Made by a program: the position numbers and the translations under genes. The notes below the pieces were generated by a model. The model had not been told where the DNA came from. It worked only from the letters and a program-made list of their open reading frames with translations, and made no database searches. This document shows, piece after piece, positions 34,841 to 49,600 of a stretch of DNA of 64,000 nucleotides. The DNA comes from Podarcis erhardii (Eukaryota), in assembly GCA_964252035.1 (NCBI GenBank), contig OZ176206.1. One strand, given 5' to 3'. Within the stretch, counting starts at the first letter, position 1. The number at the start of each line of letters is the position of its first letter.

Positions 34841-37800
34841 CTCTATGCCATTCTCCCTCTCCAATAACTTTACTGGAGTGCAAACAGGACTGAAAACTTC
34901 AGGCATTACTTTCTCCCAAAAAAACTCAGCTTAGTACCAGAACATTGCCTCTAAAAGGCAGAGAAAGAAGGGTGGGAATAGACATCTTGAACAAAATGCA
35001 GCATAGTGGAGTCAATGTGCGTTTTGAGATGATGGACTTGATGGGCCATTAACCTGATCCTGTATTTTACAGGCTTTTGAGTAAGAGAGAGAGAGAGAAA
35101 GAGCAAACAGGAACACAAATCTCCAAATTGAACTAAACTGAAAAAGAAGCTAGTTAAGTTTAAATGTACAGTTGTTAACAGAAGCAAATGGGGGTGGGGT
35201 GGGGGACAGTGGAAAGCAACATGTGTAAAGAAAAGTAATGTCTGTAACACTTTGTATCCAAATACCAAAATGCAAATCAGAAGTCTCCCCAGAGAGCTCT
35301 TTTCAGCGAGAGAATAATAACATAGTAATAATAAGCACTTATATATGCTTTACATTTTCAAAGCACGGCACAAACAGCTGTAAATGGGAAACATAAGGAT
35401 TCATAATGCTCAAACTAATTCATATACTGAATTGCATTCTCTCTACAAAGTCAGTACAGCAGCCTTCAAAATTAGATTCCCCTACCTCACATATCAACAC
35501 AAACGTAAGTGGGAAAATTAACACACACATACACACACATATAAGATTTTGCCTTGTAGCCAAAATGGTTTAAAAGGCCCCTTTGAACATAAGCAATTCA
35601 AATACAGCTTCATGAGGAACAAACTATTATTTTGTTCCTTAAAAAAAATTAAAATATGCAGATTTTAGCCCTCAAAATGTTAATATGTAGGCAGTTTTTT
35701 GAAGAAGAAAAACCCCATTGGTGAATGCATGTTTTCTGTTTCTCTAGAAAGGAGCAGTGGACCATTTAAATAGAAGCCCCTGAAAAGCAGCTAATCAAAT
35801 AAAACATCCAAATAAGTAAATTAAGCAAATAAAAACTGTTATGTGGGAAGAAAAATATACCACTTAATACAACAGTCTCGTGCTGCATAAAGCAAAAAGG
35901 GCGTCCAAAGGCAGCGGAAACTTCAGAGTCCAATACACAAGACATTGTATCATTATTAGGCAGCTTTATCCTTCCTAAGTATGGGGGAGGTCACTTTAAA
36001 ATCGTAGAACAAAAGAAGCTAAAAGATCAGGCAAGTGTCACCTCAGGCAATGGCAAGACCTGGGGCTAGCCAGCCAGCCCACACAACAGCCTGTGGTGCC
36101 TTGAGGGACGACTGCTTGCAATGGCTGCCAGCAGCCCAATCTTGGCCGCCATGTTTTCCAACAACTGCATATTTGTAAGAAAATACATAGCAGCATAAGA
36201 TAACATGGTAGCTGGTGGTAGGCTGCTGAAACACAGAGGTGAAAGAACATCAGCAACAGGATGGATGAGGGGAGGTCAGCTGGAGATGGTCGGTAGGGCC
36301 CTGTTGCTGAAATGGGGTCAAGCAGGTCAGCCATGCCTTATTGTAGAGGCAGCCAACATGGCGTCCTACAGAAGCTTTGGACTACAGTTCCCTACCTACA
36401 ATCATCAGGAAGTTGTAGTCTGAAATGTTCAAAGGCTACCACATTGGCTACCTTTGCCTTGCTGAAACCAAAGCCCCCTGCCCCACATTGCTTTTAAAAA
36501 AGCATAGTGCTATTTTACGGAAGGATTTGTATATTTATTCATTCTTACTTTCAAAAATCAACTATTTTATCGAAATCTGACTAAATGTGCATGTTTTCAG
36601 GAGGATAGATATTCTGGGCAAAACCATAGGGAACACTAAAAGGTTATTTGATGCACATTTAAAAGTCACACCCCTTCCCCCAAAGAATCCTGGGAACTGT
36701 AGTTTCCCCCTTGCACTCTTAGCGCTCTTAAACAGTTCCCAGGATTCTTTGAGGGAAGGGATGTGCTTTAAATGGCTCTGCCCTCTGTGTCTACCATTGG
36801 AGAATGGCTGTTTCCCCATGCCTTGCTCTACGCTCCACCCTTCACCCTACGAGTTTTCATAATGGAGTTGCTTTCGGAATTATTCTCTGGCCTTTGGGTT
36901 TGAGGAATAAAAGAATGAAGGGGATTGTGTGATACTAATGCCAGTTTGTTGAATATTTTTTGGATGCGATTCTTCTGGATATTTTTACCTGACCTATCTC
37001 CATTCCTCAGCTTTATCCTCTGCTAAAAACGTAGATGTCTGTTAAACAGGTTGTTAATCGTTGGATGTTTCTTAGCGTTACATTGCAGTGATGTTGTAAT
37101 TTTCATCACGTAACATTATTGTACTGCTGTGTTTAAACTTTTTTAAAAAAACAACAACGCAATCTGCTTTGAGCACAGATTTAGTTGTGGAAAATGTGAT
37201 GTATAAATAAGTTGATTACAACTAGGTACAGAGTGCTCCAAGACTCTATTCAGCAGGTCAATTATCTGTGGTTCTTGCAACTTTTTCCATTGACAGCAGC
37301 CTTTCCCCAGCCTGCTGCCCTGTAAGATTAACCATGCCAGCTGGAGCTGTAATCCAAAACATCTGAAGGGCACCAGGTTGGGGAAGCCTTATTTAAGCCC
37401 CAACTATTAATTGCTGGAACTAACTCTTCTTTGTTGCTGGGGACCGTATCATCAAAGTTCCCAAGAAGCAATCTTAGTTGGACTAACGGTGAAAAGGAAC
37501 AGAAAGAAATAAGGAAATGAATCAAGGCAAGTAGCATAGGGGTTTCTTAAAAGATAGCATATCCTTTTGAGACTCTATTGTGCTGGGGGGTGGGGTATTT
37601 TCACCTGTACTATTTTACTCAATTGCAATTTGTATAACATTAAATTTATATGGAAACTATTTTTGTGGTCAATGGCTAGTGCAATAAATTGTTGTGGATC
37701 ACAATGCAAAACTGTATTTTATTTTTTTAAAAGTTTTTTTTAAAAAAAACCAACAACCCAAACCCATGTTATTTAAAACAAAAATAAGACAAAATGTTGG

Positions 37801-38989
37801 ATATTCCTGAAAAGCACCCTTGTAGATATCACACACAATGGAGCATGTGAATTGTGCCCACCACCCAGGTAGATGTCAAAACCAACAGCATTGCTACTGA
37901 AACAAACTATGCACAAGCCTGGTAAGCAAAAACATATTGCAACGCTCATCCCCACCCATCAGCCTTACGCCGCCCCACCCCACCCCAAATAAAACAAAAG
38001 CTAGATTGTACAATTGGAATTGATGCAGGGCAATTGCAAATTGCCACATGGAGTCAATACTTAGTCAACTGAATATTTTTTCAAAAAAAAAATTAAACAG
38101 AACTTCTTTGTATTTGTCAATCAAAGTTATTGCTAATGTCACTTTGCATGCGATGAGACAGACAGGAAAATTGGTATCCATTAAAACCTCTTTGCTGCAG
38201 CACGAAGCAAGAACATCAAACCAGCTCACATGCAAAAAATAAAAAATAAAATAAGGAGCTCACACAAGGCAGAAACTTTGGAAATCCATGAACTTCAAAT
38301 CACGGCTCTCCATTTCATTGGCATTTATTTCACTTGACATATTTCTATGCCACCTTTGCACCAACACACTCTTGGTCATCCATCATTCAAAACTAGTGGC
38401 TTTAGGGGATCATGGAATGTGATAGAAAAAGACCAGGAGTGGAAAAGAGGGAAATAAGCTAGAGAGCATGGATGTTGCTGGAGGCAGTTCCAGAAGGGAA
38501 GATGGCGGCTGGTGGGGACTATATCATCTTGCCATCTTACCTACCCATCTGACAAAGTTGGGCAAAATGGTCAGAGAGACATGACAATTCTGGGAGGAGA
38601 ACATTACCTGCAGTTGGCCCTCTCAGTGTCCATTCTAAAGTCAGTATCAAACCATTACTCAGAGCAGGGGCTAGGTGTGAATTCTAGGTAAGACCTCACT
38701 AAGGCTTATGTTAAAGCCAAAAGTTTGGTTAGCTGAAGTTCGGCTTAAGGAGGAGAGTTCATGCTCAGCAGAGAGCAGAGGGAGAAGAGATGAAGCCCTT
38801 CATTTTATTCCATGGTCCATTCTCAGTTGTTTGACTGTAGTTAAGCAACTGGGGAAGCTACATCTGTACTAGTCCCAAGGGGTGAACTTTATGTCTATAT
38901 AACTGCATCTAACTTCATAATCTTTGCACATACATTGGGAAGTCCAAATTATTTCCAAGGGGCTTATTCCTAATTATTTCTAAACTTAT

Positions 38990-39390
38990 AATTTAGAGTT
39001 AATTGTAAGGAGAGTCTGATCCCTTATACTTCACCTCAGTCACTGAGATCCTCTTATGGGGCACGTCTGGATGCTTCCCATGCCCTTGAGGTTCAGTTGG
39101 TCTTCACGAAGGACCAGATCTTGAGTGTGGCAGGCCCTGCCTTGTAGAACTCCTTGCCAGTACAGTCTCAGCAGGAATGGTCTCTGCCTTCTTCCAGGCA
39201 TCTTCTAAAAACGCTACTGTTTTGACAGGCCTTCACTATAGGAATTATAATTTTTAACCAACCAATATCTACTGATGTTTTATTGATGCTTCAATTTTGT
39301 TTTATGAAGATCTATAGAATAATGTTGTTTTTTTAGTAAATTATGAAAAGCATGGCTCATAAATATTTAAATAAAATAAATAATAAATAA
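38990..39390 (+). mobile_element. L2 LINE 3' fragment
   Basis: Degenerate PYTSPQSLRSS...SVAGPAL*NSLP (L2 ORF2 end motif RAFSVAGPxLWNxLP), AT-rich UTR and (AAAT)n tail. Confidence 0.65.
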
Positions 39391-40681
39391 CTTCCAGCCA
39401 TAATGTGATGCTAGCCTTGGGAGAGTCCAGCATCATCCCTGACCACTGGCCATAGTGGCTGGAGCTGATGGGAGCTGGAAACCAACAAAAAAATGTAACA
39501 AAGACTTCCCTATAGACAAAAAACAGTGGCTGCAAAGAGAGGGGGGGATGTCCTAAATGGGGAAGTGTGCAGAAGAATCCAAAGAGAAAGGGGACACCCC
39601 TGCACAAATGCCAATAACTCCCTCCCTCCCTCCCTTCTCAAGTCTCCATTAAGAACCATGGCTTATGATGATCTGCAACCCTTTTATGGAAAGAGTATGT
39701 TAATATATTGAATATTCCCACAGGAACAACCAATTTTTCAGATTCAATCCATCCTCCCTTTCAAATGCTATTATTTGAAAACCCATTAAACAGATAAATT
39801 TCATCCAGGATGCTTGCAGAGAACCTCCAATTTTATTTTGTATTTTTCATCAAGACTTCTCTCCGGCTTTTTACTACGTGAAGAAATGTTCATAGTAGCC
39901 CCAGACTGGAGACACTATAGCCTTTCAAATGAAATTAGCCACAAATAAAAGCAAGTTACATCTGAAGTATGTCATTGTAATTTGACTCTCATATTTAACT
40001 ATCAGCCTAATTTCCTTCTAATGCACAGCCATCAGTCTACGAATTAAGACTTATAGCATGAAGATCTCGCAGGACTGTCATAATTCTGCTCATAATTATC
40101 TCCAACATGATCCTAGCAGGCAAAATTACACTCACGAAACTGGTGTATCACAAATTTACAATAGGCGACAACGTAAGCCTTCAACAAGATAAGTAAACAC
40201 ACAAGGAATAGTTGGGGGTGGGGTGGAGCATGCTAGCTCCACCCCATCATGATAACTCCACCCCCAATGGCATTCCAGTCACCTTCCAACACAAAAAGGC
40301 TCCCCAAACATTTTAGAATCCGGTTTCTAGAATACATGGATAACCTCAATGAGTACAAGGGGCACCTTGCTTGAGGTCGTCCTCCACATGTCAGAATGCA
40401 ACTGGAAGAAGAAATGGGTAATGCTGATTGAAGGTAGCTTCGTATGTTCATTATCATGTGAAAACAACTAGTCCAGTGTCATTCAGTCTATTTCTTACTG
40501 GTGAAAACCTTCTGGTCAAATCTTAATTGTTTGAGCTCAAATAATTTTTTTTATTTAGGATGGCAAAAAAGATATATTTAAAACAAATCAATAAGATAAA
40601 ATGCTATGGAGATCAAAAATCTCAGACACCTCTGACATGACACAGTGGTTTACTCAGCAGGAACATAAGAAATAATAATAG

Positions 40682-40722
40682 GAAGAAGAAGAAGAAGAAG
40701 AAGAAGAAGAAGAAGAAGAAGA
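40682..40722. repeat. (GAA)n microsatellite
   Basis: Read directly from the sequence. Confidence 0.95.
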
Positions 40723-41989
40723 ATGAAAAATAACCCGACCGCTATTCTTATTCTTCTTATTCTTCAAAGGGGCAAAGCAAGCATAAAATGCAGGAATGGA
40801 ATGAAAGGAAGGTCTCAAAAGGTGCACATAAGACCACTTATTGCCTCATGTGTTTCAAATGTTACAACCGTTTCCCTGAATCAGAGTCATTCTGGATTTT
40901 CTAACACCCCAACAAATATTAAAAGGCCTTCTGCAGCCCTTAAAAGTCTCTTCCCTTTTCATTCCTATGCTTGGACTCAGGTGAACGTCACTATGGTGTA
41001 TTGGAATCAAATGGTAATGGAAGTAATTCATCCATTATCCCCACACATCTTCAGCCACCCTAAAGTAGGTAGGGCTGTGGATGTAACTGGCCTAAAAATT
41101 AGAAGCTCTCTTGGTAATCTGCCACATGCCCGTCTTACAAATCCTAAAATTAGTGTCAACTCATTGGCACTCCTCCCTTAGCCGATCTAAGGCTTTTGGG
41201 TTGCAAGAAAGTAATTGACCAAGCAACTTGCTGCCGTGAACTGATTCTGACTCACAAAAACGGTGAGAAGTGCTTAATAGGTATCACCATCATCAGTTTA
41301 TTTATATCCTGCCCCTTGTCATAAAGCCCAGGCTGTGTTACAGCACTGTAATTCAGGCAACACTTAATGAAAAACAGAAATGAAACAAAATAAAGACTTC
41401 ATTAAAAAAAAACCTACAGTTCAATTGTCCCTCCTACATACCAGCCAGCGTCTCCAACAATACTCAGCACTCTTGGGATCCAGATGGAAAAGGAATAGTT
41501 TTTAGCTGGTACCAAAGGATAGATAATGTCTCATGGGGTAGTGGTTAGGGTGCTAGTAGCACAAGGCAATTTTATTTATTTGTAATATGTGTTACCTGCT
41601 TCTCCACTGTAAAATAATCCTGAAGCGGAGTACAATGCCAATTTGAAACATAATATATTTCAGCCTGTCAAACCAAGATATGCATGAGCCTTGTGTCCAC
41701 CCATAAATGCCCTTCTTTCTTCCCTTTCCAACACAATTGGTTAATTAATCCAGGAGGTCTCCATCATTTTCAGTGGCATCCAACCCAAGTAATGATTGTC
41801 ACCAGGTTTGGATCAAACCAGGACCGTAAACTGGTTTCAGACCCTGGTTTGTTTCCAACTCTGGTAACCATGGTTCAGATGCAACATAAAACTATGATTA
41901 AACTCAGAAAGTCTTTGACAGAGGTATGAAAGAGAAGGGAGAGCATAAGGGGCAGAGCAAGGAGAGAGTACATAAGCAAAAGGTTTGTG

Positions 41990-42295
41990 CGTATCTTGAC
42001 TCATGCTTACCAAGATGAGACAGCTGGGATTGGGGCATTGTTTAGGGGGATGTGTTGGGTGTTGCCATTGCTGATATTGATATTACTTTTTCCTGTATCT
42101 ATATTTTTAGATCTTGTTACAATTTATGTGGAAGTGGTTCAGTTTTTTGTGTACTTTTTGATGTGTTCTTATTTATTGTTTATGACTACTTTTGTTACGT
42201 TTGTAATCATGTATATCTTTTCAAGTTGTAAGCTGCCTTGAGCATGGTTTTAACAATGGAAAGGGGTGCATACAAATAAAATGGTGATGAGGATG
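41990..42295 (+). mobile_element. L2-like LINE 3' UTR
   Basis: T-rich UTR ending tgtaagctgccttgagcatgg...gcatacaaataaaat. Confidence 0.5.
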
Positions 42296-43055
42296 CGCTG
42301 TGTCCAACACAGGCCATAGTGTGCTTTGTCAAGGTATTAATGTAGCATTTCTGTATTTTAAATGTAGCTGTTGGATGTATCAAATGATGTTATGTAAGGG
42401 TAGCACACCCAGCAGCCTTGGTGCTCATCTACCTTCTATACACAAAGTTATAATTTTGATACACAATCAAAATAGGTGCATGCCCTCTTCCCAGGCAATT
42501 CTTGACACCACTGGATGACCCATTAGTTAAGTACCCCAGCAACATCCTGCAGCCCTCCAATGCTAGTCACACCAGCAAATATACTTTTTTCGTCTTTTCC
42601 CCCCTCTTTGCTTTCTCCAAGTTGCAGTTCTGCCTACTGCTCTATTCCAGTAGCATTAGGCCTTTTTTATTGTTTGTACAGCTCTTGAAAGCAACTGTAA
42701 AGCATTTGCTATTTCACCTGTCACTAACGCCAACTGATCCCTTTGAAATGGAAAATCTAAGAGCAAGCGGGTTAGTCAATGCCTGCCTGCCGCAGAATCC
42801 AGCCAGCCCAACCACCATTCAGAAGCCTAGAGGCAGGTAATTCAGTTCAACATGAAACTGGCGAACAACAGTATGTTTTATTTAATTAGGATCAACAGAA
42901 GAGATAAACCTCACAGCAGGGTGAGTAATGACAACATTTCAAAAATAATTCATTCCCAGGTACCAAAAGGGCAAATTTCAATTACATATTTTTAAAGGGC
43001 TCTAAAAGTTGACTTAACACATCCAAGGGGAGGGGAGGGGAAATACTTTATTATT

Positions 43056-43116
<61 letters not shown>
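43056..43116. repeat. (AGAT)n(AGAC)n tetranucleotide microsatellite
   Basis: Read directly from the sequence. Confidence 0.95.
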
Positions 43117-46007
43117 GGACACAACAGAAGATTAATTGGGGGCATTTTCAGAAGCCTCAAATGTTGTTCTACTCTTTTGCTTTTCATATGAACACCAAAA
43201 TTGTATTTTCTACACAGATATGACAAATAAAATGAGGAAAACCAGCCTCAAACTGATCACTCTCTAGCAAAAAGGTGGGCTCAGTTTACAATGGCTCCCT
43301 GTGCGATCCATGAGCAGTGTCTAACCCAGGATACAATGGAGGGGTTTCTGTTTCCTCCACAGAACCACAGTACTCTGTTGACAAAGCACATGAGATACAG
43401 GTTTCCATTCATGACAGGTTGTGGAGGCCCTTAGCAAGGTACCTTCTGGTAGGCCGCCACAAACACCCCTGGATTTACCTGGCAGCATCAGTGAGCAGCA
43501 TAATATAGTCTACATAATATCAATCTGAGGTATTGTGGACAATTAAAATTGGGCCTGGCCCATCATATGTAAGCACAACCTGCTAAGTCATGTACAGATG
43601 TAGGGCAGCTGCAGTTTTTCCAAAGCCACAGTGCCATGCAAGTATCTAGTGTCACAGATTAAGGACCTGCATAGTCACTCCAGAATCAAAAAGTCTCTCA
43701 GCAACTGAGGACAACCCACCACCAAAACAAATGAGAAATCTGAGGACATTTCAAACCACAACCCCTGGCCAATCTTGAGCCATGCACTGAAAATAACTGA
43801 TCAGACACCTGGGAAGATATGCTCCATTTATCTTTAGATAAGGCAGTAGTGGGCTTGAAAAAGCAAAGCCTACCTCTGTGTTGCCAGGAAAACCTAAGAG
43901 GAGGACAGGTGGGCTGCCTGAGCCCTCCTGCTACCCAGCACCCCATTAACAGTGGGAGGAGGTGAAAGAGACATGTCCTCTTGTGTGCTGTAAACGGAGG
44001 GGTGGCCAATGTGGTTCCCTCTGGATGTTGATGGACTACAACTTTCATAATCCCTGGCCAGCACGTGCTGCAGTTCTGCAGCAGGAAGGTGCTACTTTGC
44101 TACCGCTGCTGTGAATCACCACACACACTGATGGCACTATATAATACAATAAGGAAATAAATATTTAAAAGGAACCAGGTAGGAAGGCTGGGAAAGATTT
44201 TTGCAGGAAGCCTTGGACCACTGCTATCAAAGAACAGTAATACTGGGATAGACAAACCCGACCGTCCAGCTTTGTATGTTCAAGTTCAAGGAGTGTTGTC
44301 TTAAGAGATCATATATAAAAATGCCTTTGGGAAGATTGGCTCGACAGGGCTGATGTATGTCTGGGCTACATGCAATGCATACCTGCATCACATGGAAAAA
44401 AACTAAAAATGAATTACACACATTGATGGCAGAGTCATGTAATTCCCTCCCTTATCCCCCATTCATTCCTGTTCTTCAAATGATTTAAGGGATGAGTCTT
44501 CTTTGAGTTTTGCAGAACAAAAGTTCCCTCCCATTCCTTATCTAGCTGGAAGTAGGCAAAATGGAAGTTCTGTTGTGCAGGTCACTGCCTTGTACAGTGG
44601 AAATAAATGTCTCTAGCCTACTATCAGCTATTCTCACCAGCAAACATCCAAGGGGAAAGCTATGCAGTGCTATGGTGGCTGCACAGCACTATGGTGGGTG
44701 TGCAGGAAGCTCACCCTCTTCCATCCTCACCCTTGGGGGCTAAAAGTCAGAAAAAGAACCAAGATTGCAGCCAGCACAGGATATCACTGAGCCAACTATT
44801 TACACTGCTCAGATTCCCTTTCCTCAGTTGAAGCAGGAAATGCCAGAGGTGCCAGAGGTATGTATTCACCCCCTAAGAGGAATTATTTACAAAGCTTAAT
44901 TGTGCCAGTTCAAGCATGTATTAAAGACATATCTCTGCGAAGCAGAAGGAAGTAGTACCTGCTTGTCAACAAAGAGTTCGGAAGAGCAATCTTTTACCTA
45001 GCTATTTTTAATCCATTAGGAAATCCATGCTTAGTAAGCATTATGATGCAGAGAGTATGATGGGTTGGACACAGATCTGTGAAGCAGGAATTTTAAGGGT
45101 TCTTGTTCAGAAGAGCCCTTTCAAGGTGTCCGAAAATGCTGTTAACAAATTGTGTAGGAGAGAAGAGAGGGAAGTTCTGCCCACCCAGACTTAGGTACAT
45201 TCGGGATAATATAGGAAAGGGGAGCTTGTAGCCTTCCTGATGTTACTGGACTCCAAATCCTATCAGCCCAAGGCAGCATAGTCAGGAATGATGGGATGGG
45301 AGGTGTGGTCCAACAACATATGGAAAGCTACAGGTTCCCTATCCCTGCTATAATGGCTGTTAAGGACTCCTATGCATGCAGATGGAGAAGTAGGAGCCTC
45401 TACAGATGCTGTAATAAAAGCACACAAGTCAGGAGACAAAGGTGACAACATCCACACACACCTTTATTCCCCATGTTTTAAAGTATGCTGAAGTGCCACA
45501 CACATTTTCAGCACCCAGGTTTTGAATGCTTGTAAAGGGTTTTGAAAGTTTAACCAAGCTGAGACTTATTTTCAAAGGTAATAGTGCCACCAACCATTCT
45601 CTCTACAAACTGAAATTATCTTCATTTTATAGACCAAGCTGGAGATGCCAATTAGATGTAACCGCTGCACCCCTCACCCCACCTAAAGAAAAGAAAAAGC
45701 TTCAAGCCCAATGTGCTTCTCTTGAGCTTTTAGGCGCGTGCTTCGTAAACAGGTTATGCTCTCACATTGCAGCAGTTGTGTATTTCAGTGTTGCAAAGAA
45801 GTCTGCAAGAATTGCTGCTGGGATCATTTTTAGCCTACACTCCTAAGTTAATCATAAGAACAGAAGACGAGCCCCACTGAATCAAAAGGTCCATATAATC
45901 CAGAATCCCCACAGTCACCAAACAGATGTCTCTGGGAAGCCCACAACCAGGGTATGAAGACTCTCTCCCTTGCTTCTGCTCTCCAGAAAGTGAGATTTCA
46001 ATATATA

Positions 46008-46195
46008 CAGTGGTACCTCCAGTTGCAGACGGAATCCGTTCTGGAGCTCCAGTCAGATCCCGAGGTTTCCACAACCAGAGGGACTGCTTCTGCGCATGTG
46101 CGCACGACGAAACCCGGAAAAATACTTCCAGGTTTGCCGTGTACATATGCCGAAGGATACGTAACCGGTGGTGAACATAAGTAGAGGTACCACTG
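46008..46195. mobile_element. pogo/Tc1-mariner-type MITE (different internal sequence)
   Basis: TA-CAGTGGTACCTC...GAGGTACCACTG-TA, inserted in a CR1-like fragment. Confidence 0.85.
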
Positions 46196-46377
46196 TACAG
46201 CCTCAAAACCTGGATGCTCCATATAGCCATTGTGACAAGTTACCACTGAAAGAACTCTTCTGTCTATGCTAGCGCCCATTTTTACATTCATGTGGCAGGG
46301 AATTCTATCAATTATTATTATTCATTAATTTCATTTATAAATCGCTTCCCATGAGGCAACCTGAAGGGTTTACAATA

Positions 46378-46617
46378 CAGTGGTACCTCAGTTTACGAAC
46401 TTAATCCATTCCGGAAGTCCATTCTTAAACTGAAATTGTTCTTAAACCGAGGCACACTTTCCCTAATGAGGTCTCCCACCACCGGTGCCCTTCCACCGTT
46501 CAGAATCCGTTCTTAGACCGAGGTAAAATTCGCAAACTGGGATACTACTTCTGGTTTTGACAGTTCATAAACCAAATCGTTCATAAACAGGACTGTTCTT
46601 AAACCGAGGGCCCACTG
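46378..46617. mobile_element. pogo/Tc1-mariner-type MITE
   Basis: TA-CAGTGGTACCTCAGTTT...AAACCGAGGGCCCACTG-TA. Confidence 0.8.
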
Positions 46618-49600
46618 TACAAGCTACTTGTGAGTTGTGTGACAAAGCATTGCCTTGTATCCCCTGCCACTCAATTTCATCGGATGACCCAAATTCTAGA
46701 AAGATGATATAGGAAAGAAACTTATCTCTATCCATTTTCCCCCACACCATGCAAAATAATGTAAAGCTCTATTAAAACCAGCCTTAGTCATTTTGCCCCC
46801 TAAACTAAAAAGTTGATCGTTTTCCTTATTGGGAAGGTGCTCCAATAATTTATGATGCACAGATAACCCAAAAGCAAAGAACTATATTGCAAGAGCTGCT
46901 TCAGCTGACTGCCTGGAAAGGATTCTTGTTCACTATAGAGCCAACCAGGCAATCGGGTCTTTGCAAACCTGTAGCCCAAGTGCGAACAATTCCTTCCAGA
47001 CCCTGTTCCTTGTGATGAACAGGGACAAAACTGGGTAGATGGATGGGTAGAATATTTTTGTTGAGTTTTGCCTTTGTGTGCATTGGCAAGGCTGGAAAAA
47101 CAAACCATTTTCAAACGTGTATGTATATTAACTCTAAGAATTAGTGTACAATTGAATGATGCAGTTTTCATTCGCCCGGGAGTTTTCATTTCACTTACAG
47201 GATAATTAAACTTATATTCCATCCATCAAACAGGCAAGACCAAACCCTTCATTAGCCCAGTATCAACTGAGCTTGCGAACACGGTACATCCACAAAGCCT
47301 CCCTTTTTATACCCAATTGAGAAGATGGCTCGAACATCTGTTTTCACTTCAAGACATTAATTTTCAATTATTGAAGAGAAACAAAATAAATCCTGACAAA
47401 TTACTGGTAACTGTGGAATCTTTTGTCTATTAGTTTAGAACAGTAATTTAGAAATCCCACAATTAACATTCCCAATGAGGGATTGTTCCGCTGGATACTT
47501 GTTATTTAAGGCAATTTGGTAATGAATGATGTTCTATCTGCTTCCCTGATTATATACAAATGTTTTAGAGGGAGGGGCAGGGGAGGGATGATGAATACAC
47601 TGCATCTTTGCTAACCATCTACTCCCTTCCTTTTTTGTTTTGCCACCAAAAGAAGCAAGAAAGAAAATTAGGCACCTTGGTTTATATTTATCATTTGGCT
47701 TATTAATTCACACCAACTCCAAAAACTTATCCTTCAATAACCACTCCTGCTTCTCCCCTCCACCCACACTATTTATCAATTTGGGTCCAACAGGAACCAT
47801 CTGAGGTAAAATGAAAATTAAAAGCATTTCATACACAAGTGAAGAATTTCAGCCAATAAGATAGTAAGCTATGCAAATGCTCCCCCCCCCCTCCGTTCTG
47901 GTGCTCCTCAGGGAAACTTCACTGGACTCTCTGTAAAGGAAATAAAAGACAATGGAAGATACATATCCTTACCCAGCCTATGCACTTTCCATCACAATAT
48001 GCTGGTTCAGACAACCGCTCCACATCTCCACTGATGTCACATCCAAAACAGTGCCATACTGATTAGAAAATAATTGGTAATTTAATTTAACAGATGCCTG
48101 GGAGGTGGAGGGAGAAAAGAGTCCCACCATTTCATTTGCTGAATTCACAACAAGGAGGAACTGAAATGTTTGAACGACCCGTACGTGCTTTATTTTTATT
48201 TTTCCAAGAAGGATCACGGAAGCCTTAGCGATGACTATACAATGCAAAAATGTAATTTTCATATCATACTATTCCACTGCCTTCAAAAAATCCCTGGCTA
48301 TCAGCTGGGAAGGGAAGCAGATAGGGAACAGGGAGTGTTGGAAGAGGGGGGAGAGAATGAAGAAGGGAAAATTATATCTTTAAAACAAGTATGAAAGACA
48401 TTGTTACTTCCACAGTCAACTCTGTAACTGAGCTCCGACATTGTATAATTGACTTTGCAAGCAGAACAACAGCAATATAACAAAGAAAATGTCAGTGTTT
48501 CTACAGCGCTAATCTATACCACTAGGAGGGCCTCCCGCTGTCAGCCAGAGCTGACAATACAATAGCTTTCAAAGGGATATTACCATCACGCTTTCATTCT
48601 TGACATCAATCAAGACAAAAAGAAATCCTTTTCACAAGACATTAAAAATCAAACCTCTGTATGAGCAGATAGGTAAAACAACATTCCTTTAAAGGAGAGC
48701 ATTCATAGTAATCAACTAATTGGAGCCAAGCAAAAGGATGAAGATTTTTTTATTATTTACTTTGCATATAATGAAGCAGGGAGCCTCCTAGGTTGCTTGG
48801 TTTGGTGGCAGGGGGTGTGTGCATGTGTGCGTGCTCTTTTGTTTTTGACTGACACAAATGAGGTAGGTAAGTTACGAATCAGAAGTTTCTATCAGCATAT
48901 TTTGCCAAGCAAAAGCAAAAAAAAAAAAAAAAAGGTGACAGCAATTCTCCAACTTCAAGCAAGGTAACAAATATAAGCTTAATTAGTGCATCCTCTTTTT
49001 TTAACTGCAAAACAATTTGATCACCGACTAACACATTTATCCAAAAAATATCATCACAACCTGACATCAATTTGCAGAGCTGTCAAAGTTCCCACCAATG
49101 TGCATGTCAGGTTTGAAATCTGGTTGCTTAACGCAGCGATGTATGACTCTCCCCAACCGTACACATGAACATTTTTGAAATTACATGTAACACGAAACAG
49201 AATGGATTCTCTAATTTATCTGTTCTATAATAATCTAAAATAATCTGGGACATAAATTTAGTAAAAGCTATTGGGTAGTCAGATCAAAGTTTCTCATCAT
49301 AAAATTGGAAAAAAACACAAATTAAGCAAATATGCTTTTTCTATGCAGAGTGCTTTCCACCTTAAAGAGTCTGATACATTTTGAGATCACCATGCATCCT
49401 ATGGTAAGCACCCAGAATCAGTTTCAAATTATGTCAGCTATATCCTGTTCATTTAATAGGCAAATTGCTAATATCATACCTTTGTTTACCATCTGGATTC
49501 TTAAAAAAAAAAAAAAAAAAACTGGCTACAATTAAAAATGTGTGTGTGTGTGTGTTGCAGTTTTGGATCTTCACCATAATGCAAATCTAAACTGGTCTCT

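Noticed and set aside
40670-40765. (GAA)n followed by TTC/ATT-rich sequence as a structured RNA
   Set aside because: Pairing is explained by complementary low-complexity repeats, with no specific motif.
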